A DNA stretch of 59,484 nt, filler included, from Sphacelaria rigidula (taxonomy: Eukaryota): assembly GCA_964200075.2 (NCBI GenBank). It is 4 parts of 4 records of this genome, joined end to end, with 100 filler letters (N's around TTAATTAATTAA, not from the genome) between each part and the next. Parts side by side here need not be neighbours in the genome. Positions count along the whole stretch, not along the records: positions 29,796 to 44,590 come from CAXNAA020002042.1; positions 44,691 to 59,484 come from CAXNAA020002043.1; 2 more parts are not named here. One strand, given 5' to 3'. The notes below the pieces were generated by a model. The model searched no databases, was not told the origin of the DNA, and worked only from the letters and a program-made list of their open reading frames with translations. How positions within the stretch are numbered: the stretch's first letter is position 1; every line of letters starts with the position of its first letter. Below, in pieces: positions 38,209 to 51,636 of this stretch. A program made the position numbers and the translations under genes.

Positions 38209-39200
38209 TTGGGCCGTTTAGTGACAGGGTCAGAAGAAAATCGGAACAATATTTTGCAGGCCATTTACCGGCCCACGTTTGGTGTTTGTGTATTGAAAGT
38301 TTGTGTGGGGTGTGGCTAGGGCATCATCAACAAAACAAAGTGGTTGTGGTCGTTTTTTTTATTTTCTTCATTGGTTTAGGTCGTTCAAGTCTGGTAAAGA
38401 CCATTTTTCCACGAGAACGCCTTAACCTATCCGAAAAAAAAAACGAAGGCCCATTTATTTTTTATATTTTGCATACCTCTGTGGTTCCTTATCCTGAGTT
38501 TCAAATTATAATTCTAAAAGTTGACCTTGGAAATTGAGATAAGGCCCAAAAGCAGTGTTCGTTTCTCCTCAAAACTGCCCCCAAAAACCCGAACAAAATG
38601 AAGAAAAAACGGAAAAAATTGAAAAAGCTGTCTTCGAAAGCTTTATTTTGCACTAGCGGTTCTCCATACGGAATTTTTCAGCATAACTCTCGAAAACTGA
38701 GACGCAATTTTCAGGTTTAGCTAATCTAGCGCATCTGCTGGTAATATACTGATTTTAGTAAGGCAAATTATGTGCGCCATATCTCGAGATAGATTACGAA
38801 TTAGGTGACCGGGAGGGTATCTATCGTCTCCCCGTGCTCCAGGAAATGTCCACACCGAAATCGTCATCCGCTGAATGCATCGATCGGGGGTTTCATGGAG
38901 ATTTTAGTACGGACGCTATCTCCGTTAGGTACAGGAATGACTAGACACGGGGTATAATCAACGAGAAAATATTGGCCCAAAATTTCGAGCAGATGGGCAC
39001 CTTCCCCTTGGTTAGACGATTAATACAATATGCGGATTATGGCCCAACTCGTTCGTCTCGACGAGATATTGCTTTGAGAGCTTAAAACCGTGTCTAGGCT
39101 GGCCCAGCTCGTATTACGCGCAGACTTTCAGGTACTGACAGCTTGTGTCGAAGGTCGAATCTCGCCCTCGTCGAAGGTGAACGATTATTGGAAAACATTG

Positions 39201-39404
39201 CAAGGGCAGGCCGAGTAGAGTATACTCAAATGCGGGGTATTTTCAAAGACGTACTTGAGGTACTCAGGTTAAGGCAGAGTCTAGGAGTCGTATCCAAAAA
39301 ATAACTGGAAAGAGATCCCTAAAACCCTACCCCCAATTCGTGCACTTCAAGTACGACTTTCAAAATCCCCCGCAATTGAGTATACTCTACTCGACCTACC
39401 CTTG
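39201..39404. mobile_element. TIR MITE with a perfect 8-bp TSD (P or hAT superfamily)
   Basis: ~60-bp imperfect TIRs CAAGGG.AGG.CGAGTAGAGTATACTCAA; AAACATTG on both sides (39193-39200 and 39405-39412). Confidence 0.9.
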
Positions 39405-40477
39405 AAACATTGTACTATCTCATCAAGCCTTCGATAATGAATGCCGCGGGGTGACGGAGCTAACGGGGTTTATAAGGTGTACTGTTTCAAGAGTAGGTCT
39501 AATTGCCCCGCTCGCACTGTAGCGTTCACACGTGATCCTAATTGGACATGTATCAAATGCCTTTGAAGGAAGTAACGTATTACGTGTGCATGTTACGGTT
39601 TTCAAGTATGTCCTGAAAAGGGTCAGTTTGTTGCCGGCGTGATGTCCGTGTAGGAAAAGGTTAGCGGCATATGCGGGAAAGTTTTGTGTCGTTTTGACCC
39701 TCCATGGCTTGACAGCTGAGTCACTTGTGTGTACCTTACCGGCTCAAGAGCGGTTTTGGTACGAGATAGAACTGGTGTGCGAACAAGTCTTCGATTGGAC
39801 TTCGCACAGCTCCAGGGATGGTTGCAGCCTGTTCATGTTGGGGATTTGCTCAAGTAGTGCAAAGAAGCCCGCTTTCTCTCCGGTCACGTCTGTTGTTGGC
39901 GTGTGTAGAGTGTCTCCCCACCCTCCATACGCACGCGTACGGGAATGATCGTAGGGCCCGACGTAGTTCTCCTCAAATGACGCATTGAGCATCACTCCGG
40001 TGTTGGAATCACTGAGATAGACCCGCTGTCCGCTCTTTCACTGCGAGGGTCCTCAGAATAGCTCGTGATGAAAAACTCTGAAGAATGGAAACGATATTTT
40101 CATATGGGAATGGAAAAAAGGAGGGGCTTGGAAGTGTTGGAAAATGTACCCCTCAATAGTACCATCGAAGGCGTCTTTTAGGGACCCGGAGGTTGAACCC
40201 TTTGGAGGCCCCCACTTAGAAGGTTGAAGAAACTAGTACATGATGGTGTGGAGATATTTACCTGGTACAGCTGTCTAACTGACCCCGACATGTACTGGTA
40301 TTATTGACCCAGGGAATGCTAGCAGTATGTTTGTCACAAGAGTTGGGATTCTTGTTCCCTAGCGGTTCCCTCGAAGATTGATCTCTCACAATTCCGAACA
40401 TTTTTTTAATTCTCATACGAGGTGGTTCGCCCTCTGAAGACCGCTTCTTCCGGGGTTTTTTTCTCTGACCAGATTTT

Positions 40478-40885
40478 TCAGTTTTGGGATATTTGACCCA
40501 ATTTCTGGCCCCCAAACAAGGAATATCGTCAACACATGTCTCGGATAGTACTCATCACCTCACCAGGAAAACCCTAGCCCATTTTCCCGATTCACTTGAC
40601 AACGATGCATTGAACATGGCCTCTGAACGAAACTCCAACTGCAAATTAAACAAAAAGGCGTCTACAGGAATCTGCAGCGGTTTCTCTTTTTTTTCCACAT
40701 CGTGCTTACATTTCTTCGTGTCCAGCTGGATTTGTGTTCAGAGGCTACTCTCGAAACCTCGGCGTCAAGCGAATCGGGAAAATGAGCTGTACTCCTGTCG
40801 GTGGGGTGGTGCAAAGTTCCCAAGACACGCGATGGCAATATTCCTCGTGTGTGGGTCAAAAACCGTGTCAAATACCCCAAAACTA
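40478..40885. mobile_element. Old foldback/MITE (~160-bp diverged inverted arms)
   Basis: GTTTTGGGATATTTGAC...CATTTTCCCGATTCACTTGAC...GCCTCTGAAC versus GTTCAGAGGC...GTCAAGCGAATCGGGAAAATG...GTCAAATACCCCAAAAC. Confidence 0.7.
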
Positions 40886-43800
40886 AACATTACAGCAACC
40901 CCCTCTCCCCCGGCATTTGTTACGCCCCCCGGCAGATTCGGTGTCACCCAGATTTATTTTATCCACAATTGTTGACGGCCGATTCTTGGAGGTCAAACTC
41001 TGAAAATTTGCGCACGTATTATAAGGAATTGCGAAGCTTCGAAAATGGATGGCGTCTTCTGACTCTTTTTTTTTCCAGTTGTTGGGGGTCCCAGGGTCTC
41101 GGGGAGAAACTAAGCCCTGTGGGACCCCCGATAACTGGCGAAAAAGGAAGAAATCGCAAGATCCCATCCACTTGACGTTTCATTTTGTCGCATCGTATAT
41201 GTGTTCAATTTTTCAGGGTCTGAATCCAAGAGTGGGCGTGAAAATTTGCGCTTTTGTGTGATAAAGTGAGCTTGAAAGGTACAAAGCCGTGGCTACTTGA
41301 TTTTACTACGACACATTATTTCGGGAGATTAGGTAGAAAATGGGTTGGGAGATCGTATGTTCATTCTCATAACAATTCGAAGGGCGCTGATTGATCAAGG
41401 TATCATTTCGACCTTCGCGCCACTGCTACGGCCTTTGAAGAATGATCCGTCCGTCACCCTCTTCAGCTGCCCATGGCAGTCAGTATCATGACAGGTGTGC
41501 CACGATCAGGTAGGTATTGCGAAAGGCAATTGCTGATGACTCAATTTGGGGTGACGGGCGTGGACCAGCTCGTAGAACATTTTCGCTCCCCATTTTCCAG
41601 AACCCTCTGCTTACGGAAGTGATGGATAAAACATGTGTTCATTTGTCGACTCCAAAGTATAATATTTCGTTTGTTGCTACCGATTGTTGTCTTTCCCCTA
41701 TCCAAAAATAGATCCAACCATCTATCAACCATCCCCAAACAACCATTAATTAATTAGTTAATTTATATATTCTGCATTTATTGTCATCGTCTGGGACTTC
41801 GATATGCTGATGGCATTTTGCACTGAAGAACACATGCATGTCCTCGATTTGTAGAGATTTTTGCTGTAGTCCATCTCCTTTGTATCGTGCTTGTTTTTCC
41901 CCCCCTCCATGTCCATGTGGTTGACATTTTCCCGCGGGGGGAAGCTATTTGTTGCACGGGGGAGTCGCCGGTTTGAAGTGCCGCTGCGAGCACGCTTTCA
42001 TTAACAAGAAGCTCTTGGTATATCCACAACGTAACACGCAATCCCCCTGCTCAAGATTGTTTTTCGGCCACATACAACGGAGCACAGCGAATGTGTGTGG
42101 TCATGTGTACCACATCCTCGAGCACCTTTGCGTCGTGTCGTGAGGCTGATTGCGAACAAAATGCCATCCCCTTGGCCGTGTCCCGTGTCCCGTGTCCCGT
42201 GTCCCGTGTGCTGTCTTCCGTCCCCGACAGATGGAGTCGGCGTGGGGATTACCTGACCCAGGCACTTGTCCGAGACCCGCGTTAGTCGTGCCATCACCCA
42301 CCGGAAATGCACAAGGGCAGGCGCCAGGTACTGCTTCTGCACATGACATGTACAAGACGATCACGCGCATGATTTTCGGTCGTACTTGGCACTTGAATTT
42401 ACGGTGTACTCTGGACAAGGAATTTGCCGTTTTACTTGGCGAAACTCGTACATTTTGTCTTTGGAGGTAATTGTCTGACCTGTACTGCTTGTCGGGGGGT
42501 ATGGTACCCTCACATCGTTGAGGGTCTTGGTCATTTTGGCCGACTCCGGCAGGATTATGTTTAGTTCAAGCGAAGTGCATGTGCCGTATGCGGGGGGATG
42601 CACGGCCGAAAGCGTGTGTTTTTGTTTTGAGGATGGACGGGGGGTGGCCGTCGAACTCAATGTAAGTTGATTGACTAGTTGATTGACAGATAGTCGCACC
42701 TTGACTGATCCCCCAGGAGTCATGATCCAGTCGTGGTCATTATCCAGATGATGGACGTACCCGAAATGAACACGAAACGGAAACACTCACTGAAGCAAAG
42801 TGAAGAAAGCAGAAAGGTAGAAAAAGGCAAAGTAGACTAAGAATACAAGAGAAAATGAAGTAAAAACAAAGCAAAGACGAAGAGAAAAAAACTAGATATG
42901 ACCGACCCCTGCAACATGCGTTCGGCGCAAAAGGTCTTGTGCTAAAAGCATACCCATACGTACTCGTGAGGAACACACAGCCGTGGCAACAGATTGCGGC
43001 TCATCTATTTGTGACCTCACGATCATGAGGGTGCCTGGTGCCTGGGGGTTATTGCGTTGACCCTCGCTTAGTGGCCATGCTGTGCCCCTTCTGTCATGTG
43101 TCTTTTCTCACCTTGTCTTTCGGTATGCTTTGTCGCATATCTGTTTTTTTTTTCCTTTCACCCCGATGAGCTCGGGAGATCTGTTTTTCTCATCTGCATT
43201 CTTGGCGTCTCACTTGTTATTCTCATTTTGTAATATTTTGGTTGATCGTTCCTGTTTTGGTTTTTGGTGTGGAATCTTGGAAAAAACGATGAAAGTTCCA
43301 TTTCTTGTCAGGAACAGCGGGGAAGGCATTGAAAAGACGAGCCTGCGTTTGTGACCACGGGTTCGAGAGAGCGGGCTGATGAAATATTAATAGTAGGTCT
43401 AGGGCATGAAGCGCTTATCCATGAACCTTACGGAAGTGAGGCACCAAACTGCTACTTGCATGCACCGAGAGGACGGAACATACGCATAGAGGGGGAGCGG
43501 GAGGGGGGGAAGAAGAGAGAAGGAGACTACAAAAGGGATGAAACCAAAGGACACAGTATAGGGGCAGAGAGCCGGTTCAAACACACACCTGGGGGCACCG
43601 CGGAACCACCGAGCAAGGACGACGTCAACAGCCAGTAGGAGAAGACACGGGTACATCACTTCCCGTATTACTCCAATGTTGCAGTCGAACCCCTTTGCTC
43701 CACTTGGGACTCACTGCCTTTGATTATCCGACTGGCCAACCTCCACCATCGTGGCGAGGTTAGCGATTGTAGTAGGGCGAGAGACCTCCGAACGCGACGT

Positions 43801-44059
43801 CGCACCCCGTGTTCGTCGCTAGCACCGGGACCAGTACTAGCTGTTTTTTTCTTTTTTCTCTTTTCTTTATTTATCTTTTTTCCCCTTCGTTCTTCCTTCT
43901 TTTTTGTTTTTCTCTTTTTCCTTTTCTTTTTTTTTCTTTTCGATATATACATATACTCCTTCTTCCCATTTTCTCGGTTTTGTCAGCCAACCCTGTTCGT
44001 TTCCTCCCATTTTCCATTGGATTTTGCGTATTCTTGTCGGATTTTTCCCGATTTCCGTT

Positions 44060-44320
44060 TATGCAGCATGAATCATGTGTCCATGTTTCCCACCTTGCAT
44101 TCATGCGAGGTGAATCACAGGTACATGTTTCCCAATTTCGGTTCATTCAGCAGGAATCATGTCTACATGTTCTCCGCCTTTCATCCATACGAGGTGAATG
44201 AAGCATACATGTCTTTCATTTTCCGTTCATGCAGCATGAATCATATGTTCATGTTTCCCACCTTCCAATTGTATGAGGTGAATCAAATGCACATGTTTTC
44301 CACCCATGATTCATACAGGA
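44060..44320. repeat. Minisatellite: about six 42-bp units arranged as 84-bp dimers
   Basis: GAAT..CATGT core recurs every 42 bp, with units alternating CAGCA(T/G)GAAT and GAGGTGAAT. Confidence 0.85.
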
Positions 44321-44590
44321 ATTGTGATTCGTACAGATGTTACACCACTCTCGATTCGACTGGTACCATTTGGAGAATATACATTCCCAGTTCGTGATTC
44401 GTGCGGCATGACCTTGAACGTACAAGTTCGTGCAGCCTGAAACCAAACATGAGGCCCTGTATGCCCATTTTATTCGTGACAGTTTTGGGCTGGGTTTGGG
44501 CCAGGGGGGGGGGGGGGGGGGGGGGGAAATTTTTTTTTGCTTTTTTTCTTTTTGTCAGTAGACCCCACGTCTGTTCTCCGGGCGCGCCTC

Positions 44591-44690
44591 NNNNNNNNNN
44601 NNNNNNNNNNNNNNNNNNNNNNNNNNNNNNNNNNTTAATTAATTAANNNNNNNNNNNNNNNNNNNNNNNNNNNNNNNNNNNNNNNNNNNN
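44591..44690. other. Artificial contig spacer
   Basis: 44 N + TTAATTAATTAA + 44 N. Confidence 0.97.
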
Positions 44691-44793
44691 GTTCTATTTC
44701 CTTGGTTTTCCTTTTCAATGGGGCGCCCCCCCCCCCCCACCCTACCCTACCTCGGCTGCTTCTTTTCGTCATACCTTCGGTGGCCCATGTTAG

Positions 44794-44889
44794 ATCGTGG
44801 GAATGTTCAGCATGTTACCCCTGCTGGGGCGCGAAGGCTTGCTCGTACCGTGCTTCGTCTGCACGACTTTCTACACTGCCTTGTCGGTG
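44794..44889 (+). CDS. ALG6: Internal exon of a dolichyl-P-Glc alpha-1,3-glucosyltransferase (ALG6 family)
   Basis: TGTTAG| ... GTG|GTAAGT, 96 nt. IVGMFSMLPLLGREGLLVPCFVCTTFY resembles the ALG6 motif FSMLPLLxKDxLxxP. Confidence 0.8.
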
Positions 44890-47800
44890 GTAAGTGGTGG
44901 AACAGAAGTCAGCGCGTTCGTCGTAGCTATCGGTTCGCAAAATTGGATTGCGACAATCGCTACGTTCAAAATCCACGATGCTGCATACCAAAGAGTGGTG
45001 TATGTGCCGGAAGGGCACCGCACAGCGCAGTTTTCATTTGGGCCCAAAATGAGGATAGGGTTATCGGAAACTCCAGGTGATTTAGCTTCCAGACGCGGGC
45101 AGGCCTTCAACCTGACGTTGAATCAGAAGTGTTGAAAATCTGTCATCGAACTTGAGGTGCAGTAGGGATGTGTTGTGTTCCCTCGGTCGTATTTCCCAGT
45201 TTTTTCTGGTCGCTATGTATTTGTCTTGTGTTTCCCACCTTCATGTTTTTTTAGCGAGAGTTTTCGCATTGTTGATCTTGGGTACGTCTATCGTCCGGAT
45301 AATGACCACTGCTGTGTACCTCTTGTGGATAATGGACAGCAAACGGTACGACAAAATAAAATGAATTAACCGTTCTGAGGCCGTGTGGACCCCAAAATTG
45401 CAGAAATGATTTCTGATCCGACTTGGCTAATTTTTTGTTTCGGGTCGAGCTGATTCCACACCGAATAGTTGTACCTTGCTGGCATCCGTGACGTGTCTGA
45501 ACACAGGCGCATTTGATCGACCGATACCTTCGTCTCAGCCGCGGAAGAAGCCTATTTGTTCGCAGGTATCGGTTCAGTAGGTAATGGACAATCAATCCAA
45601 GGCGTGCGGAATGAAAAATGAAAAATTGGCGGATTTGCATCACGTTTGCATCGTTTTGACTGCGTCATGACTACATACGGCAAGCATTAGTTCGCATCCA
45701 CTTCTCCTCGCGTCGAACGCGAAGCTAGTAGACCGTAATTGGTTCATGAAGAGCTACATATCGGCGTGTATTGCCTGTATCACGGGCAGTACAGCGCGCA
45801 CGGCGTAGGTGAGCAATGCTATGGTAGGGGTTGCAGGTTTTGTTTCTGGGTCTCTTTTTTGTAGTAGCCCAAATATATGGAGCTTACTGTGCAAACCAAA
45901 TCTCCGGGGAGCGGGCTCTCAGAAAAATGGTGTTTGCACGCAGGGGTTTTTACGTGAATCGGCATCATTTTCAGTCTTTTTGAAGTAAAAATGATGCCGA
46001 TTCTCAAAATGATTCGTCCAACACCCCGAGCAGCCCCGAGAAACGTTTTCGCTACAAAAGTGCAACCCCCACCGTAGCATTGTTCAGCTATGGTGCTGTG
46101 TGCATCCAGGCCGGTGTGAATCCACCACGGTTCTGCGCATGTTTCCGTTCGCCCGCTCGTTCACGCTTTCGGAGCTCCCAACCCCTGCAAGAGTTGGGAC
46201 GCCAGAACTGTAAACCAAGACCCTGAAAACGATTATCGAGGAATACGGGGCCTGCCTATCAAATGTCCGCGAGGAAAGTTTTCAATAGCCAGTCAGGATA
46301 TCAGATCTCAGATTTGGGTCAAGGCACAACCTGAGAAATACGAGCTTGTCAACGATCGGTCGTTAGGTAGAGACGTAAACCGTGTGTGATGACTCGAAGG
46401 AAAACCCAGCTGGGTTTTGGAGCTTGCTGAAGACTACCACACGCCTCGTGAAGAGGGAGCGGCAAAGATGGGGTCGGCAAAAGACCATTTCATAGGATTT
46501 TCTCCTGGATCTGCGACAGTTGCCTTCAAAGTGCTTTTAACGCGCTCTTCGGCCAAAGCACCACACATTGGTTGTCCTACAGCACGTGGGCGATGGGGGC
46601 TCGGGGTGCGGTGCTTTATCGGAGACATTCCACCCCTTGGTGCTTCTAGTCTCGAGGACGTTATTTTATTACTGCTTTGCCAGGAAGAGAAGATGCTGGC
46701 TTTATTTTTATTGCAGTCAGCCTTAAGAATGACGGATATATCACTGACAGTTGTCGTGAAGAATGATCAAACAAGCGGCGAAAAACACGCTTGCCTCCGA
46801 CCAAGTTGCCGACAAAAAACGCCCAACCTGTGGACGCTCGCAGGGCTTTTTGAAGGAGAAATATGCACGGAATTTGATCACTTGTATGCCTGCCGATTGC
46901 GTCGCCGTCCCACATGTACCGTTGGCAGCTGTTTTCATCAATTGGAAATGCGGGAGAGCCCGTGGGACGGAAGGCTGGGACACACTTCCCGTACGGCAGG
47001 TATGTGCCTGTGAGCGTGCGTGTCCGTGTGAGCGGTTAGTATTTGGTAATATCACTCGTCAACGTAGTCATACTTCCTCTGTGCCATAAGTAAAGTTCGT
47101 TATGAGCGTTTAATTGTTTGGGTATTTCAACGTTGACGATCATCCTATGGTCGGATTCGTTGGAGAGGTAAAGCGCAGACGAAGCTGGTGAAAAAAAACC
47201 CGAAAAAAAATGTTTTCATCCCTAAAATTATGTCGAGATATACTCCATTTTGACCCTTTTTGATCCACTTATACCCCATGATTGGCCGGTTTTCGACGTT
47301 TTCACATCAAGTACAAGCAATTACATGCTAACAAAATGTTGGATGGGGCGTGCGTGGGTTGAAATCACGGAAATGTCCAAAATCAATGGTGGTTTTGCGA
47401 CTTTCACATTTGTGGGCCATTTTTGGCGATTTTTCGTGTTCCCGGGTCTCTCATGCTTTGCTGGGGAAACGAGCGAAAAATGACCGTTTTTGGACCGACC
47501 TAGGTTTTCTCGGCCGCGCGGCTGCATGGGTCAAGTACCCATGCTGTAAAAAACATGTTGGTTGTAGCTCAAAAAACGCACACGAATGCAATGAAAAGAT
47601 CGAAATTCAAATATCACACCGTTAAGGGCCCGTGTAATCATAACGGACTTTACTTATGGCACAGAGGAAGTACGCGTTTTACGACCACTTGGGGCAGTTC
47701 ACGTGTTGCACCGAAGCATGATAGCATGAGTTGCGCTCTGTCAGTGTGCGCTAGGGTGTACCGCTTGGGGTCAGGGTTCGGACCAATATGGTTGAGGGTG

Positions 47801-48607
47801 AGTCGCAGAAACGACGCTGGCGGAATTTTCCTGCCGCGTCATAATCGGGAACAAACATTCGCCGTACTGACCGTCACAACCGGGTTTGAATTTCGCCGCA
47901 AAGTGAAAGGCAGGCCTTCAAGTACGGGTATTGGGCAGGACGAATGAAAACAAGTAGTGGAAAGCGGATGGACCTCCAAGGCTTTTGTCGCACAATGGAT
48001 GGGGAGGGTGCTCCGACAAACCAGATGGTGGAATGCATCCTGACTTGATTGGGCCGTACCTGCTCTTGGTCCGGAGGGGTTCTGGTATGCCTGATCGTGT
48101 GATATTTCCAAGAAAGTGCCGTAGTGACGACGTTCGGCAGCTGCATGGGCAGCCTATTTTCGCCACCACAACGTTGCTATCGTAAGACTTAGATCAATCT
48201 TCGCTCGAGGCAACAAAGGGCTGGGTCACCAGCGTAAACCTTCAGCACGTACCACATACCAGCACCGGGTGCTTTTATCGCAGATCGCAGGTGCGTTTGC
48301 TGCTCGTCCTCATACCTGCATCGGATATTGGCTCACCGTCGATGACAAGAACTGCAACTAGTGCAGGCCTCTCCCATCATCACTTTATCAGCTGGCGTGT
48401 CGCACGTTTTCCCGCGATGCTTAATACGTGTTTCCTCCTCGCGCTTACAGTTGTCTCCAAAGCATTACGAACGCAACTGTTGCAGCCCCTATGCCCGCCA
48501 TGCCCGATTATTTCGCGAGGGGATGGGAAATTTGCACGCTTCCGGTATCCCCAGCCCTCATAAGTAACAAGCGCGATGCCGCCCACCATCCTCCTCTAAT
48601 CTCGCAG

Positions 48608-48873
48608 CGCTCCTTCCCTTGGTGTTCAGAATAATCACGCAACCTCGTCTTCGCGCTATCGTGGGGATATCCGTTGGCGGGATGGCGATACTGCTGTTGT
48701 TGGAAGTGGGCGTCGCACCGCCAGAGGCGTTGCCTCACCTATACCCCACCTTGAACGCGCTCTTCTCCTGCGGAAATCTAGCCTTGGCATATATTCTGGG
48801 CGTGTACTGGCAGTGGAAACAGGGGGATCGAGTAGGATTTACGCGACATGCGAGCCGGAGCAAAATCCAGTGA
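48608..48873 (+). CDS. ALG6: Terminal exon of the ALG6-family glucosyltransferase
   Basis: Branch/acceptor CTAATCTCGCAG| (alternative acceptor at 48629). Two TM helices and PPEALPHLYPTLNALFSCGN resemble ALG6 PPxxxPDLxxVL...SC; basic ER-type tail, then TGA. Confidence 0.8.
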
Positions 48874-50229
48874 GATATTTGACGGACGGAAGCGCTCGCT
48901 TAGTTAGGGGTCTTGTCACGGGGGTAGTTGGGCGTAAGGGGAACAGTAGTTCTCGGTGACGGCACCACACGCATGTTTTTATACATTCATGGAGCAAGTG
49001 CAGATTGGTGCGATACCGTCAAGGCACACTGCGGCTTGCACGGGAGTACACTTGAGCTCTAGGGTGTGGTTGCCTAGGTTACAGCGCAAGGAGCATGTGG
49101 TTGCGACCACGTTGCATATCATTCTGCACTGCGATTATGTGAGGAACGACGGCAGAGATGATGGATTGAGTGAAACAGACGCGCTCCCTGCGGTTCCTGT
49201 TGCAAGTGTGGTTCCGTAGCCCAGGCGACGCGACACAAGCAGCTGGCTTCAATTTTGCACTGAAAGCTTGAAGATTATACCAGCTGGTTCCACCGAGGAA
49301 CATCGCGGTGGGGTTGAACCTGCTCCTGGAATTTCGTCATTCTTGTGTCGATGTTTGGAGCAACGGCAGCACTTTCGCCGAGGGTATTTGTGTTTAAGGC
49401 TACGCATATGTGGCTGGGTGTATCGTATTCATTCAGTAACATTGGTATCGATGACGATGTCACCGGAGGAGCAATGAATGGCGGAGAGGAAGCTTCTCGC
49501 CCGTGTTCTTCGTGTATCTGCGTTCGGCGATTCCCAGTCAGTCGAGAGATTGGCATCCGGTCACCGCCACGTACCCAGCCTTTTCGTTGGCACTAAAACG
49601 GCCGGCGGTGAGTTGAGCAGGCCTAAGGCAAAGATCGGGATGCCGAAGCTTGACTCATGTATCCGTGTGTTCCATGTCGCGCTGACCAGTGCAAATATCG
49701 ATTCCTTTCCGCCTCTTTTATTGGATAGGACGTGTCTCTGTGCGCTCCAGAGCACGTCTTCGAAAAACAGGGCGATGTTTCCGTCACCGCCATCCCGTTG
49801 TCACGTGTACACGTGCGAGCAATGATCGTTCCGCGAAAATTCAATCGCGTGTGTGGGATGTTATGGTTAATTCTGGTCCACGGCTTCCTACATGGACAGG
49901 CGTACACATTCGGATTGGGGTGATGTAGTAGAGAACCAAGTACTATAAAGACTTTCTTGACAGGCCTCGTGAAACGCAGTACCTCTGGCGGTGACTTAGC
50001 TGCTGCTAGCGTGGCCAACATAAGGGCTGGGGGATACTGCAAGCTGTGATCTGCCGTGCGCTTTTTTTATGTACGGTCGATGCGCACTCCTGGGAGGGGT
50101 GGTATCCTCAATATTTCGATAGTCATCATTCTGCCGGGGTCGCCGCTACCATTTTCCTCAGGTGAGACGGAACCATGAGTAAGCGCGTTCTCGGAACGTA
50201 TGGGTTACTTGCCGCTTCATCCGTGACAC

Positions 50230-50945
50230 AGTCGTTGAGCGCTAGCCAAAAAAGTCTTGTCTGAGATAGCTCTGGCATAGTTCCAAGGAGCACAGCAGCA
50301 GGCAGCCCAGTGATATTGTTCTCCTACGTAAAACTCGTGCAATTCATTGTAAGTGACTCTTGCCAGCCGATGTGCATATGCGAAAGTGTGGGTATGTGAA
50401 AGACCAATGAGTGGAACCATGACATTGAGCTTCTTATAGCCTGGAAATGGCCGCGAAAGGCGGAGAGGAGGCGCTTTTCTCAGCTCCCCAAGGCGCGAAG
50501 GACATGATGCCAGGATTTTTCCGAGTCATACGGAAATTCGCGAAGGACAGGAATTTTTCAGCGAGTTACCATTTTCACAGTTGAAGAATGTTTTCAGCAA
50601 CAACATTTCCGTTCCGAAACACGAATGGATGCACTTTACTCCTCTTGAATACTATTCCCTGTATATAATTTCCTTGATGCCTGAGGAAAGCTGAGGAAAG
50701 CGCCTTCTGACAGCTTTTCGCAGCCGTTTTGAGTCTACGAAATAGCTCCGCCTTGAATTTCATTTATTGTTTCTTCACATACCCAAGTGCTTTGGCATAT
50801 GCACATCGGCTGACTACAGTCAGTGACAGCGCATTGTATGAGCTTCATAGAGGGGGATAACAGCACCGGGCTCCCCGCTGCTGCGCCTCATGAAACCGTA
50901 ACCAAGCTATTTCAGAGAAGATGTTTTTGGTCAGCGCTCGACACG
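50230..50945. repeat. Diverged inverted repeat (~175-bp arms around a ~360-bp spacer), probable old TIR element
   Basis: TTCACATACCCA...GCATATGCACATCGGCTG...AGCTAT.TCAGA.AAGA..TTTTTGG..AGCGCTC on opposite strands at 50230-50405 and 50770-50945. Confidence 0.65.
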
Positions 50946-51636
50946 GGGTTTGAGGATGTGGGAGAGCATGCGCCGAGCTAGAATGTGTACGCTTACGACG
51001 AAGGCGCGTGGAAGCTAGCCCCTGGCGCGCGGGGAAACGACAACACTACAAGAAAGGAGACCTCTCGTACTTCTTGGCGACGATGTTCGTCAAAGCTGTG
51101 CTACAACGGTCGTACGGGACTCCCTACGACTTCGTGCTCCCCAGGTGCTGTAATCTTACAGAGTTACCAGGAACGTCAACGATCCCCGTCCGACCCTGAG
51201 GCTCTGTTTGTCCGGCAGACAATGTATCAAGCGAGAGGACTTCATCGTACAGTCGGCACGAGAGTAAGGTGTCATTCCGCCATCACGGGTACACGTTGGA
51301 CATTATCGGGTGCAACATAAGACAACATAGGGTACAAGAAAAAACTGATGGGTTTTGGCGGGTACACCTACCCCACTCTCGGACAAGATAGGGTGCTCTG
51401 CGAGGCCCTCGTTTCCCGCGATGCTGTTCGGCCCTAAATAACGCTAGTTTTCGCGAGCGTTGGTTTACATGCTCTGCATGGGCTGTGGGCGCCTTCCCTT
51501 TGCTTCGGGATTGAGTTTTAAGATGTGGGCCTACCATGGACAACTCTAACTTGCGCGTGTACCTGTACACGTTTGGGCTGAAATAGATGGTGGTATACCC
51601 AACTCCGTATTTCGCCCGAAGATGTTTTTGGGGCTT

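Noticed and set aside
44060-44320. CRISPR-like periodic array
   Set aside because: Whole units are homologous with no unique spacers, there are no cas genes, and the context is eukaryotic.
47950-48040. DDE transposase-like peptide GWTSKAFVAQWM
   Set aside because: Isolated motif surrounded by stops, with no other transposase signature.
49270-50045. Minus-strand ORFs downstream of ALG6
   Set aside because: No recognisable domain and no consistent exon chain could be built.
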